DNA from: a virus
Lineage: Duplodnaviria; Heunggongvirae; Uroviricota; Caudoviricetes
DNA: 50,148 nt
Direction: 5' to 3' (one strand)
IMG/VR virus record: IMGVR_UViG_3300032050_000035
The position numbers were made by a program, and so were the translations under genes. The notes beneath the pieces were generated by a model. The model worked only from the letters and a program-made list of their open reading frames with translations. It did not search any database and was not told the origin of the DNA. This document shows, piece by piece, positions 17,801-27,104 of this stretch; position 1 is the stretch's first letter; every line of letters begins with the position of its first letter.

Positions 17801-18013
17801 ATGTATAAAGAAATAGATGTTGATTTCATAGAATTCTATGTTAAGAAAAAATATAATCAAAATTTAGACAAATATTTTGAAGTTTCTAGACCCGCTCTAT
17901 CCGTTTGGAGAAAAAATGGAATTCCACAAATTCGCGTAGATGAATTTATGAGAAGAGAAAAATCTTTTGATATTATTGAATTATTTTCAAGAATTTATAA
18001 AAGGGAGAGTTAA
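17801..18013 (+). CDS. Small helix-turn-helix (Cro-like) DNA-binding protein
   Basis: LDKYFEVSRPALSVWRKNGIPQIR fits a Cro/CI HTH. Confidence 0.6.
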   Translation: MYKEIDVDFIEFYVKKKYNQNLDKYFEVSRPALSVWRKNGIPQIRVDEFMRREKSFDIIELFSRIYKRES

Positions 18014-18047
18014 CAATTTTATATATAATTATAAAATTGTTAATCTT

Positions 18048-18827
18048 ATGAAAGTATGTAGTAAATGTGGATTAGAAAAAGATTTTAGTGAGTATCATAA
18101 ATTTAAACATTCAAAAGATGGTTTAAAGTCACAATGTAAAGTTTGTATTCTTTTAAAAGAGAAAGAAAGAAGATCAACAGATGAATATAAATTAAATCAA
18201 AAAGAATATAATCAATCAATTCCAAAAGAAATTAAAAAATCAAATAGAAGAAAACACTATTTAAAAAACATAGAAAAAATATCCGAACAAAATAAAAAAT
18301 ATAGAGAAGATAACAAGGAATATTTTATTGAATATAATAAAAAATATAGAGAGGATAACAAAGAAAAAATATCTGATAAAAGTAAAAAATATAGAGAGAA
18401 TAACAAAGAATCTATTAAAGTATGGAGGGAAAATAATCCTGATAAAATTAAAGGATATAGAGAAAAATATTCAAAATCGGAATCTTGTAAAGAGCACCGA
18501 AAAAATTGGTATAGATCTATAAAAAAAAGAAGTCCACATGTTCTGGCTTGGCGTACAATATTAAATAATACATTAAAAAGATTTGGTAAACAAAAAGAAG
18601 ATGAAACTATTAAACTTCTTGGATATTCTGCTATACAATTAAAGGAATATATCGAAAGTTTATTTACAGAAGGTATGAGTTGGGACAATTATGGTGAGTG
18701 GCATATAGATCATATAAAACCAGTTTCATCATATGACTCAGATACACCAGTTGATGTTGTAAATTCTCTTGAAAATTTACAACCCTTATGGGCTTTTGAT
18801 AATCTAAGTAAAGGAAATAAAATATAA
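18048..18827 (+). CDS. HNH endonuclease (putative homing endonuclease)
   Basis: KVCSKC...QCKVC zinc ribbon, Lys-rich linker, WDNYGEWHIDHIKP...NLQPLWAFDNLSKG; start reassigned to ATG 18048. Confidence 0.88.
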   Translation: MKVCSKCGLEKDFSEYHKFKHSKDGLKSQCKVCILLKEKERRSTDEYKLNQKEYNQSIPKEIKKSNRRKHYLKNIEKISEQNKKYREDNKEYFIEYNKKYREDNKEKISDKSKKYRENNKESIKVWRENNPDKIKGYREKYSKSESCKEHRKNWYRSIKKRSPHVLAWRTILNNTLKRFGKQKEDETIKLLGYSAIQLKEYIESLFTEGMSWDNYGEWHIDHIKPVSSYDSDTPVDVVNSLENLQPLWAFDNLSKGNKI

Positions 18828-18845
18828 AAAATAATTCAAATAAAA

Positions 18846-19712
18846 ATGATTTCATACATGGGAGCCAAAGGCGGCGCAATGGGTAAGTGGATTGAAGAAT
18901 TTATACCAAAAGATATAAAAATATTTTCAGAACCATTTAGTGGTATGTTTAACGTATATTTAACAATGGATTTAGATAAATATACAAACTTAGAAAAAGT
19001 AATTTATAATGATTTTAATGTATTAAATGCCAATATATTTGCATGTGCTAGAAATTATAAAAAATTTTATTCATATTTAGAAAAACAAGAATGTCAACAA
19101 AAAAGAATTGATAACTCTCCAACAGATTCAAAATTTAAGGAATGGTTTAATCAGTATCAAAAAGAGATATTTACTAATCAACCAAAATTAGATATGGATA
19201 ATCCAGATTATGAGAGTGCTGTTAAATACTCGTATGTATTATCCCAAGTTTTTTCGGGTTCTAAACCAGAAACTAGTTCATTTATAGATTTAAAAGGTAA
19301 GTATAATTGTAAGTTTGAATCATTCAGAAAAAAAATGAATGGTACTAACCACGGAAAAAGTATATTAAAACATCTTGATGGTATTACAAATGTTGAAAGT
19401 ATGGACTTTGAAGATTTGATGTTAAAATATGATAGTCCAGAAACTTATTTTTATTTAGATCCTCCGTATTATAACTGTGAAACATATTATAGCAATCATG
19501 AATTTGGGTTGCAAACACATAAGAGGTTAGCTGATTGTATTAAAAAGTTAAAGGCTAAATGGTCTCTATCTTATTACTACTTCCCAGAATTAGAAGAGTG
19601 GTTTCCAAAAGATAAGTACCGCTGGGAAGAAAAAGAATTTAATAAAATATCAGGTGCTAAAAAAGGTCAAGAAACCAAAAAGGGTACTGAACTTTTAATT
19701 ATGAATTACTAA
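18846..19712 (+). CDS. DNA adenine methyltransferase (Dam/D12 class)
   Basis: SYMGAKG, EPFSG (motif I), YNDFN, FYLDPPYY (motif IV), ELLIMNY. Confidence 0.92.
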   Translation: MISYMGAKGGAMGKWIEEFIPKDIKIFSEPFSGMFNVYLTMDLDKYTNLEKVIYNDFNVLNANIFACARNYKKFYSYLEKQECQQKRIDNSPTDSKFKEWFNQYQKEIFTNQPKLDMDNPDYESAVKYSYVLSQVFSGSKPETSSFIDLKGKYNCKFESFRKKMNGTNHGKSILKHLDGITNVESMDFEDLMLKYDSPETYFYLDPPYYNCETYYSNHEFGLQTHKRLADCIKKLKAKWSLSYYYFPELEEWFPKDKYRWEEKEFNKISGAKKGQETKKGTELLIMNY

Positions 19713-19906
19713 TGAGTTATCAAATTGATAGTGATGGATTTGTAATATACAAAGGTGTTAAGTTGAGTTTAACGGTTGAACAGTTAAGTGATACTCGAAT
19801 AATAACTGGTATATCAAGTGAAAAGTTGATTGAATATCAATACAAAAGAGAGATTGTTGAGATAAGAGATAAGAAGATAGATGAAATAATAAAACCACTC
19901 GATTGA
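19712..19906 (+). CDS. Small hypothetical protein with C-terminal RDKKIDEII motif
   Basis: 64 aa ORF with TAATG coupling to the methylase. Confidence 0.7.
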   Translation: MSYQIDSDGFVIYKGVKLSLTVEQLSDTRIITGISSEKLIEYQYKREIVEIRDKKIDEIIKPLD

Positions 19907-19915
19907 GTGGTTTTA
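19890..19915. terminator. Bidirectional intrinsic terminator
   Basis: TAAAACCACTC-GATT-GAGTGGTTTTA between convergent genes. Confidence 0.8.
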
Positions 19916-19929
19916 TTTTAAGTTTAAAA

Positions 19930-21336
19930 TTAAATCCTCCTAATTCCAGGCACAAACCCATATTTAAAGTTTTTCTTTGCCCATTCATAATCATCTTTAT
20001 TCAATGGATTATCATCGTTGCAACTTCCAGCCCAATAATAACCTTTTACTTCTTTAGGACCTTCTTTTAATGATTTTATCCTATTTCTATCACAATTAAA
20101 ATTACCTCCTATTGATCTTGGTGATCCTTCTAAAGAAGTTAATATATTAAATGAACAATCAAAACTACCACTAACTTTTCCAAATTTAAGAGGAATTTTT
20201 TTCAAACCATTATTACTAATATTTACCGTTCCATCAACATCAACTGTTCCATCTGAGTTAATTTTATAATTCTTAATACCGAGTTCTGAACAAATTCCAT
20301 CAATACCAAGATCTTTTTCATCTAAATCAACAACATATTTATCTTCCTGATCATTATAAACTCTATTATTTAGACAGAAAGTTCCAATTGACTTATTAAA
20401 ATATTCATTTAATATATTATCAACCGTTTTTTTAAATTCACTTCTATTAACACCATACATATGTTTACTCGTATATAAATTAGTTATATCACGATCTAAA
20501 CCATCCTCGATGTATAATCCCTCTTCTTCATATTTTCTCTCCATTTCAGGACTTATTTCTTTATGAGTAGCTACAACTTTACCTGATCTATCTTTAACAG
20601 TATAAAGAGTAGGATGGTATGGTTTTATATTCAAAACACCCAATGGGTTATTAATGTTTTTATCATTTTTATTTATCAAATAAGATATTAGTGATCCTTC
20701 TTGAACTTCTTTAATTAAATACTTGACATTAACACCATCACTTTTATATTTCATTATCTTATCGTTAATTTCTCTTATTTTCTTATCATCATTAGATTTC
20801 TTAGCACTTTCTAATTCATCCATTAATTTAGTTAAACGATTAGATTTATCTGTTCCAATTGTCATACAATTTGTCCAATTTCTATCTGTATCGGATCCAG
20901 TAATATCATATGGGTGTCTTGATATAACAACTAAAAGATCTTCTTTTGAAGTAGATGTTAAGGCTTTTCTTTTCTCATCCTCGACAAACTTTTTATTTAA
21001 ATCTTCATTTTTAAATCTAGTTAACAACTTACCAATTGTGGTTTCGTTTTTAGAATTATTAAACTTAGCACTTCCTTTAACATAATCAACAATCTGACAA
21101 TCATTTTCTTTTAGAAATTTATCAATCTCTTCATGAATTTTTGAGACATATCCTTTTATTTCCTCTTTAACTAAAGGTATATAAATACGATAGTAATTTT
21201 TATCATGCTCATACTTATCACCAAGTTTCTTAAAAATATCTAAATATCTTTCCCTATCAAATTCTTTAACATATTCCCTAAATTGACTAGGTTTTAAAGC
21301 TTCGTTAAAATTTTTAAAACTATTTAAATGTTTCAT
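19930..21336 (-). CDS. Leader-bearing protein with C-terminal LRR-like repeats
   Basis: MKHLNSFKNFNE leader; VVISRHPYDI...WTNCM core; VSGSFDCSFNILTSLEGSPRSIGGNFNCDRNRIKSLKEGP repeats. Confidence 0.8.
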   Translation of the reverse strand: MKHLNSFKNFNEALKPSQFREYVKEFDRERYLDIFKKLGDKYEHDKNYYRIYIPLVKEEIKGYVSKIHEEIDKFLKENDCQIVDYVKGSAKFNNSKNETTIGKLLTRFKNEDLNKKFVEDEKRKALTSTSKEDLLVVISRHPYDITGSDTDRNWTNCMTIGTDKSNRLTKLMDELESAKKSNDDKKIREINDKIMKYKSDGVNVKYLIKEVQEGSLISYLINKNDKNINNPLGVLNIKPYHPTLYTVKDRSGKVVATHKEISPEMERKYEEEGLYIEDGLDRDITNLYTSKHMYGVNRSEFKKTVDNILNEYFNKSIGTFCLNNRVYNDQEDKYVVDLDEKDLGIDGICSELGIKNYKINSDGTVDVDGTVNISNNGLKKIPLKFGKVSGSFDCSFNILTSLEGSPRSIGGNFNCDRNRIKSLKEGPKEVKGYYWAGSCNDDNPLNKDDYEWAKKNFKYGFVPGIRRI

Positions 21337-21372
21337 ATTTTTATTTTTTTTTTATATTTTTATTTTTTTATA

Positions 21373-22215
21373 TTATAAACTAATTATAACTTTTTCACCT
21401 TCAGCTACTATATTTTCACTTGGTATATAATCTAAATGATCTCTTAAAAGATCAACAAATCTATCTAAGAATTCTTTAGATGCATCTTTTATATTTATTG
21501 AAATTCCAGATGTGTAAAGTTTATTATCTAATTCCAAACTTCCAAATAATTTAACTGAATTAAATAAAAGAAATGTATTATAACTAAAAGAATATCCTTC
21601 ATCTTCAATAAGATATGATATTGTGTTAATATCTTTTAATAAATCTTTAATTTCTTCATTATTTTTTTTGATATCCTCTTCACTTTTACCATCATTTATG
21701 TATTCTGATAATGAGAATAATTTATTTAAAAATTTACATTCTTTTTCATAATCATCTTTATCGATAACTTTCCATATATCCGAATTAGTTTCTACATATC
21801 CATTTGATTTCAAAAATCCATGTATAAAAGTCTTAATTTCATTATCATAACCTTTGAATTTATTACAATTAACATCTCGACCCATCTGTATGTCACTTCT
21901 AGTTGTGATTTTTCTCCTAATTTTACTTCTAAGTGTGTTTCTATCAAGTCCTCTGTTATTTATCTCATTCAAAAGTTGATCCATAAGTTCACTCAACTGA
22001 TTGAATGATGCTAATATTATTTTTGTGTATTGTTCATTAGTAAGATTTCTTCCTATATACTTACACTCATGTGTTATATCACTTACTCTAGGATCCCCAA
22101 TGGTCCAGTATTTATTGCTCTCACCTGCGTAATTAGCGCTAGTCAATTGAACTAAGAACTTATCGCTTATTACTGTTAAATCAGTTGCCTCATTAAAATT
22201 TTTTAAATATTTCAT
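21373..22215 (-). CDS. Hypothetical protein with MKYLKNFNE leader
   Basis: 280 aa; C-terminal domain similar to ORF 2600..3022. Confidence 0.8.
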   Translation of the reverse strand: MKYLKNFNEATDLTVISDKFLVQLTSANYAGESNKYWTIGDPRVSDITHECKYIGRNLTNEQYTKIILASFNQLSELMDQLLNEINNRGLDRNTLRSKIRRKITTRSDIQMGRDVNCNKFKGYDNEIKTFIHGFLKSNGYVETNSDIWKVIDKDDYEKECKFLNKLFSLSEYINDGKSEEDIKKNNEEIKDLLKDINTISYLIEDEGYSFSYNTFLLFNSVKLFGSLELDNKLYTSGISINIKDASKEFLDRFVDLLRDHLDYIPSENIVAEGEKVIISL

Positions 22216-22225
22216 ATTTTACTCT

Positions 22226-23188
22226 TTATTTCTTATAAAATTCTTCTATTTTATCAACTCTTATTAATAATACATTAGAGTCAGTCCAAATTTCATGTCC
22301 TGGAGTTGGTTCTTTTAAATCATAAATTTTTTCATCATCATTATATGTATTCCCTCTATATTCATATGATGGTAAATTTCCAAATGATTTTTTATATTCT
22401 AAATAACTCATTTTCTTAATACCCATAGATTCTGGTGAGAATAAAGTATTTAGAACATCAATAGTTAAAGGTTTTTTTGGATTTTCCGAGAAAACCCAAC
22501 TATCACCGGATGTATCAACTTTACTACAAAATTCTAAAACATCTTCCCAATCTTCAATGGAATCAGCAGCTCGATTGGTCGATGACCTCATCCATGATTC
22601 GAAATCAATAGGATCATCCGGATACATTAATTCATCTTTTGATTTTGGAATCCTTATAATATTCAGTTTTGATATATTATTAATATCAATATTTTGATTT
22701 ATTTTATTACCTATCAAAACATTTAATAATTTTGAAAACTCATGAGTCAACTCGACATTGTGCATATCAAAATTAGGAACTATTCCCCAATTAGATCCAT
22801 TAAAAGGGATAACCCTATATAAGTTATTTCTATATTCCATAAAAGTTCTCATTGAAGTTGAGCATATTAATTGTCTTTTTGGATAAGAACTCCAAGAGTT
22901 TAAATGATTTATAAGAGGAGTGTGTAGATAATTTTTACCAGAAACTCCTTGCATACTTTTTCTATAAGTAACACCATCATGTTTATATGAATTCCTAGGA
23001 CTCCAATATGATGAATTTACATAAAGATATGAATCATTAGATGAAATTGATCTGTATATGGGTCTATCTTCCCATTTAAAATCAGAACATTTTTCTTTTA
23101 AAATTCTTTCGAATTCTTCTTTAGTTAAACTTTTATTTTCATTTAAATTGAAATTTTCATAAAGTTTCAAATATTTTAAATATCTCAT
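22226..23188 (-). CDS. Leader-bearing protein, possible ADP-ribosyltransferase-like fold
   Basis: MRYLKYLKLYENF leader; PIYRS, LICSTS, HEIW in R-S-E order. Confidence 0.5.
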   Translation of the reverse strand: MRYLKYLKLYENFNLNENKSLTKEEFERILKEKCSDFKWEDRPIYRSISSNDSYLYVNSSYWSPRNSYKHDGVTYRKSMQGVSGKNYLHTPLINHLNSWSSYPKRQLICSTSMRTFMEYRNNLYRVIPFNGSNWGIVPNFDMHNVELTHEFSKLLNVLIGNKINQNIDINNISKLNIIRIPKSKDELMYPDDPIDFESWMRSSTNRAADSIEDWEDVLEFCSKVDTSGDSWVFSENPKKPLTIDVLNTLFSPESMGIKKMSYLEYKKSFGNLPSYEYRGNTYNDDEKIYDLKEPTPGHEIWTDSNVLLIRVDKIEEFYKK

Positions 23189-23219
23189 ATTAAAATTTTA
23201 TTTTTATATATATTTTTTT

Positions 23220-23576
23220 TCATTTATAAAATGAATAACTTGCTGAAGTTATTTTTTCTTCACCTTCATCCGTATCAGTACCAATCTCAAAATATGATAA
23301 TTGGTATCCGTTAGATTTCATATGACCAATTACTGATTTCATATGATAGTAAACCTTCTCTAAGTCTTTAAAATCATTAATAGGTATAATGATTTGAAAA
23401 TCATTTTTATCAAAATCGTCTATCTCATTATTATCAATAATATCTTGCATTGTTATTTCATCACCATCACCATGTAAATATATATCATAATGATCCATTA
23501 GATCTTGTAAATAATCAACTAAATCAATTAGCTGAAACTCTTCTGAACTTTCGTTAAATTTTTTTAAATGTTTCAT
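23220..23576 (-). CDS. Acidic hypothetical protein with MKHLKKFNE leader
   Basis: 118 aa ORF. Confidence 0.8.
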   Translation of the reverse strand: MKHLKKFNESSEEFQLIDLVDYLQDLMDHYDIYLHGDGDEITMQDIIDNNEIDDFDKNDFQIIIPINDFKDLEKVYYHMKSVIGHMKSNGYQLSYFEIGTDTDEGEEKITSASYSFYK

Positions 23577-23968
23577 AATTTATTTAATTTTATATTTATT
23601 TCCAAACTCGGTGATTTTGTTAATGTCTTTTTTATTTCATATTCTGGGTATTCATCTAATAATCTATTAATACTACTATCAACTCTTTGTGATATTTTTA
23701 ACCAATTTTCAAAAAACTCAGTTATCTCAGTATCATTACTATTATATTGACTTGGGTTATAATACCATTGATTAAATGGTTTGTCTATATCAAAACCAAT
23801 TGAACTTTTCAACCAAGTTGATATAACTAATCGATAATTAACACTCTTTTTATATGAATATTCACATCTGAAATTATCATCTTCTATTACTTCTCTGAAA
23901 CAACTTTCGATATACTCAATATCCAATTCGTTTTCACTACTTTCATTAAATTTCTTTAAATATTTCAT
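23573..23968 (-). CDS. Hypothetical protein with MKYLKKFNE leader
   Basis: 131 aa ORF, first of five consecutive leader-bearing genes. Confidence 0.8.
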   Translation of the reverse strand: MKYLKKFNESSENELDIEYIESCFREVIEDDNFRCEYSYKKSVNYRLVISTWLKSSIGFDIDKPFNQWYYNPSQYNSNDTEITEFFENWLKISQRVDSSINRLLDEYPEYEIKKTLTKSPSLEINIKLNKL

Positions 23969-24029
23969 AATTCTATATATTAATTCTCACTATTCAAAAT
24001 TAATTTCCTATATTTGTAAAAAGTATTTT

Positions 24030-24437
24030 ATGTTAAGAGAAGATAATTCAGGATTTGTAATATTTCCAACAAGAACCTCCACGAGGTTTAAAAGATTAGA
24101 AGCAGGTAAAACACTTGTTTATTTCGTTGCATTTGATATTGAAGATATTAATAGAGGTAAATACTGCCTTTCAAATCTTAACTTAGAATTACCTGGTGAA
24201 TTCGTCGCAGACGATATTTCAAAAAATAATATTTATTTTGATAAAGACGGTTTGTCAATTCAATTAACTACTTCTATTTGTGTTGGGTGGTCAAATTATT
24301 CTTATGAAGATAATGATGGATCTGATTGGGTTGCTACTTTTGATAAGTTAAGTAATGAGGGTAAGAAACTTTATTACTCTTTAAGAAAGTTACACAATAA
24401 CAAAGAAATAAGAATTTTAACATTTAATAATTACTAA
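24030..24437 (+). CDS. Hypothetical protein
   Basis: 135 aa ORF preceded by TATATTTG at 24009-24016. Confidence 0.75.
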   Translation: MLREDNSGFVIFPTRTSTRFKRLEAGKTLVYFVAFDIEDINRGKYCLSNLNLELPGEFVADDISKNNIYFDKDGLSIQLTTSICVGWSNYSYEDNDGSDWVATFDKLSNEGKKLYYSLRKLHNNKEIRILTFNNY

Positions 24438-24440
24438 AAA

Positions 24441-24472
24441 TTTGGTGATTTAGAATAAACTTATTATATTTG
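24441..24472 (+). promoter_or_regulatory. Bacteroidota-type sigma-A promoter (-33 TTTG, -7 TATATTTG)
   Basis: TTTG 24441-24444, 20-nt spacer, TATATTTG 24465-24472. Confidence 0.7.
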
Positions 24473-24496
24473 TTAAACAAATAAAAAATAGAAACA

Positions 24497-24670
24497 ATGG
24501 GAGACGCAATTTTAAACACTATAACATATATGATATTAATTATCTTTATGATTGGTTTTGGAGTTATTATAACTATTGGTCTTTATAAGTTTATTAATGA
24601 AGATTTATTGGGTAACAAACCAAAGAAAGATTTTAAAGTTACTAAACCTAACAGAAGTATAAGAAAATAA
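24497..24670 (+). CDS. Small single-pass membrane protein (57 aa), not in the ORF track
   Basis: MGDAILNTITYMILIIFMIGFGVIITIGLYKFINEDLLGNKPKK...; directly downstream of a promoter. Confidence 0.7.
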   Translation: MGDAILNTITYMILIIFMIGFGVIITIGLYKFINEDLLGNKPKKDFKVTKPNRSIRK

Positions 24671-24691
24671 AAATTTAAATTTATATAAATT

Positions 24692-26260
24692 ATGTCACAA
24701 AAAATTTACATTTCTCCTGAGTTAAAAGAAGTTTTACTTGAAATTCAAGATTCAGTTGTTGCTAAACTTTTATTACAAGATGATCACTCTGATGAAGAAT
24801 TGGCTACTGATTATGTAAACTTTATTTCTATTTCAAAGAAAGATGTAACTAAGATCTCTTATTTACCAAAAGAAAGATCTGAGGGTTTAACATTAGATGA
24901 ATGTTGGGCTACAACAAAACGAGTTATGGCTAAACCAGGTGGTTTTGTTTCTAAAGTGTTTGTTGGTATTTCTGAAAAAGAAGTTGAGAAATTCTCAACA
25001 CTTTTTAGAAGTGAGGTAACTAAACCTAAATTGAACTTTAAAGTTGTTAGTGGTGATGATATCAAAAAATACTACCATTATTCAACTTACTGTGAGAAAA
25101 ATGGTGGATCATTACACGCTTCTTGTATGAAGTATGATGGTTGTCAAAGATATTTAGATATCTATTCAAGAAATCCAGAGATTTGTAAAATGGTTGTTCT
25201 TTATGACAACGATGATACAAGACGAATTGTTGGTAGAGCACTTCTTTGGGAGTTAGATGGTTATAAAATCATGGATCGTATTTATACAATTAGTGATGAA
25301 ACTTACCAATTCTATTTTAAACAATGGGCTACTAAAAATGATTACTTGTTTAAATCAGAACAAAACTGGTTTAATACCAAAAAGTTCGAGAATTTAAATG
25401 GTGTTAAGGTTAACTTAGACTTAACTGTTAAGTTACCAGGAGTTAATAACTTAGATTATACTCCATATATGGATACCTTTAAGTTTTTAGATTATGATGG
25501 TAACCTACATAACGCTCAACCTAAAGGTAGAGACTACTATACTTTAACTACAACAGATGGTAGAAAACACGGTTATGATTACCTTGTAACTGATGTCTTA
25601 GATGATGTTTTGAGATATAGACACGACGCTTGTTACCTAAGATATTTAGAGGCTTGGACTTCACCAAACAACTGTAAATATTCTAACATTTTAGATACTT
25701 ATATCTTGGATAGAGATTGTGTTTATAATGATGAATTAAGAGACTATATCTTTAATGATGAGCACAAATCTCATAACAATGATGAAAGAATTAACTCTCA
25801 GTTAGAATATATCAGAGAAGAAAAAAGACAACGTGAAGAACGTGATGCTCGAAGAAGAGAAGAAAGACGATTGAGAGATGAACGCGAGGCTCAAGAAAGA
25901 GCTGAACGTGAAGCCAGAAGACAACAAATGATGAGTGAAGCTCAAGGTGACCAAGTTGAAGATATTCGATTATCCGATATTTATCCAAATGATTACCTTG
26001 GATTTGGTTTCGGTGGTGGTGATAGACTTGGTATGTTCGACGCTTATCGTGTTGTTATGGAAAGTATTGAGAGACTACCAGGTGACATAAACAGAGCTGA
26101 GTTTGCTCATACTGTTTTAGATAATTTCAATATGTTATCAAGAGATACTAGAACATTAGACGCATTAGAACACATTATGAACCGTTACATCAGAGGTGGT
26201 TATACTATCGAAAACAACCGAGACCGTTACGGTTATTACTACGATAGACCAAGATACTAA
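24692..26260 (+). CDS. Phage protein with SCM / GRALLW / MDRIY domain and a charged coiled-coil tail
   Basis: GSLHASCMKY...IVGRALLW...IMDRIY; Arg/Glu-rich segment near aa 375-415. Confidence 0.75.
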   Translation: MSQKIYISPELKEVLLEIQDSVVAKLLLQDDHSDEELATDYVNFISISKKDVTKISYLPKERSEGLTLDECWATTKRVMAKPGGFVSKVFVGISEKEVEKFSTLFRSEVTKPKLNFKVVSGDDIKKYYHYSTYCEKNGGSLHASCMKYDGCQRYLDIYSRNPEICKMVVLYDNDDTRRIVGRALLWELDGYKIMDRIYTISDETYQFYFKQWATKNDYLFKSEQNWFNTKKFENLNGVKVNLDLTVKLPGVNNLDYTPYMDTFKFLDYDGNLHNAQPKGRDYYTLTTTDGRKHGYDYLVTDVLDDVLRYRHDACYLRYLEAWTSPNNCKYSNILDTYILDRDCVYNDELRDYIFNDEHKSHNNDERINSQLEYIREEKRQREERDARRREERRLRDEREAQERAEREARRQQMMSEAQGDQVEDIRLSDIYPNDYLGFGFGGGDRLGMFDAYRVVMESIERLPGDINRAEFAHTVLDNFNMLSRDTRTLDALEHIMNRYIRGGYTIENNRDRYGYYYDRPRY

Positions 26261-26305
26261 GATAGACCATACTAAACATTTAGATCTCTCATTTATATAA
26301 ATTAA

Positions 26306-27052
26306 ATGAGAGATTTTTTTTTACAGAAATTAGAGTGCTTTAAAGATCCGGATTTTATATTTGACCCAGGTCTACACAAATATACCTATCATGGTGATGT
26401 ATTTCAATCTGTTACACAATTCTTAGGTGAGTTTCACCTTCCATTTGACACCGAAGAGAAATCAAAAAAGAAAGCAGATGATACTGGTTTTGATCAAGAA
26501 TGGATTAAAGCTGAGTGGAAAGAAACAAATAGGTATGCTAACGAAGTAGGAACTGCTACTCACGAATGGATTGAGAATTATTACAATAAGATTTGGCAAC
26601 CACTTCCAGAAAATCCAGACATTATACATCGTATAAATAAATTCAATAAGATTTTTTGTAAACAACTCCACAAACTTGATGAAGTTAAGTTTGAGATAAA
26701 AGTCTTTTCTAAAAAATGGAAAAAGGCTGGTACGATAGATGCTCTTTTCATGAAAGATGGTAAGTTATACATACTTGATTGGAAGACGAATAAGAAATTT
26801 ACGGATGATGATCATAAGGATGGTAAGTGGCAGAAGTTATTATGGCCCTTCCAGGACTTCTATAAAAATCATCATAATGAATATTCTATTCAGTTATCTA
26901 TGTATGCTTGTATTTTGGAAGAGTGGGGTTTTGAGGTTGCTGGAGCTTACTTAGTTTATATCAGTCCTGGTGAGGAAGAAGCGAGGTTGATTAAATGTAA
27001 AGACATGAGAAAATATATTAAACAATATTTTGATAGTGTTAATAAATATTAA
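26306..27052 (+). CDS. PD-(D/E)xK exonuclease (Cas4/RecB-like)
   Basis: SVTQFL, GTATHEWIE, AGTIDAL, ILDWKT, YSIQLSMYA. Confidence 0.85.
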   Translation: MRDFFLQKLECFKDPDFIFDPGLHKYTYHGDVFQSVTQFLGEFHLPFDTEEKSKKKADDTGFDQEWIKAEWKETNRYANEVGTATHEWIENYYNKIWQPLPENPDIIHRINKFNKIFCKQLHKLDEVKFEIKVFSKKWKKAGTIDALFMKDGKLYILDWKTNKKFTDDDHKDGKWQKLLWPFQDFYKNHHNEYSIQLSMYACILEEWGFEVAGAYLVYISPGEEEARLIKCKDMRKYIKQYFDSVNKY

Positions 27053-27104
27053 AAGATGGTCATCCAAATAATATTAGATTAATTAATGAAATTTTATTAT
27101 CTTT

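Noticed and set aside
25820-25925. Purine-rich GAA/AGA repeats
   Set aside because: They encode the Arg/Glu coiled coil of ORF 24692; not a DNA-level repeat element
26306-27052. Cas4 as part of a CRISPR-Cas system
   Set aside because: No other cas genes or array; stand-alone Cas4/RecB-like nucleases are common in phages, and no clear four-Cys cluster is visible
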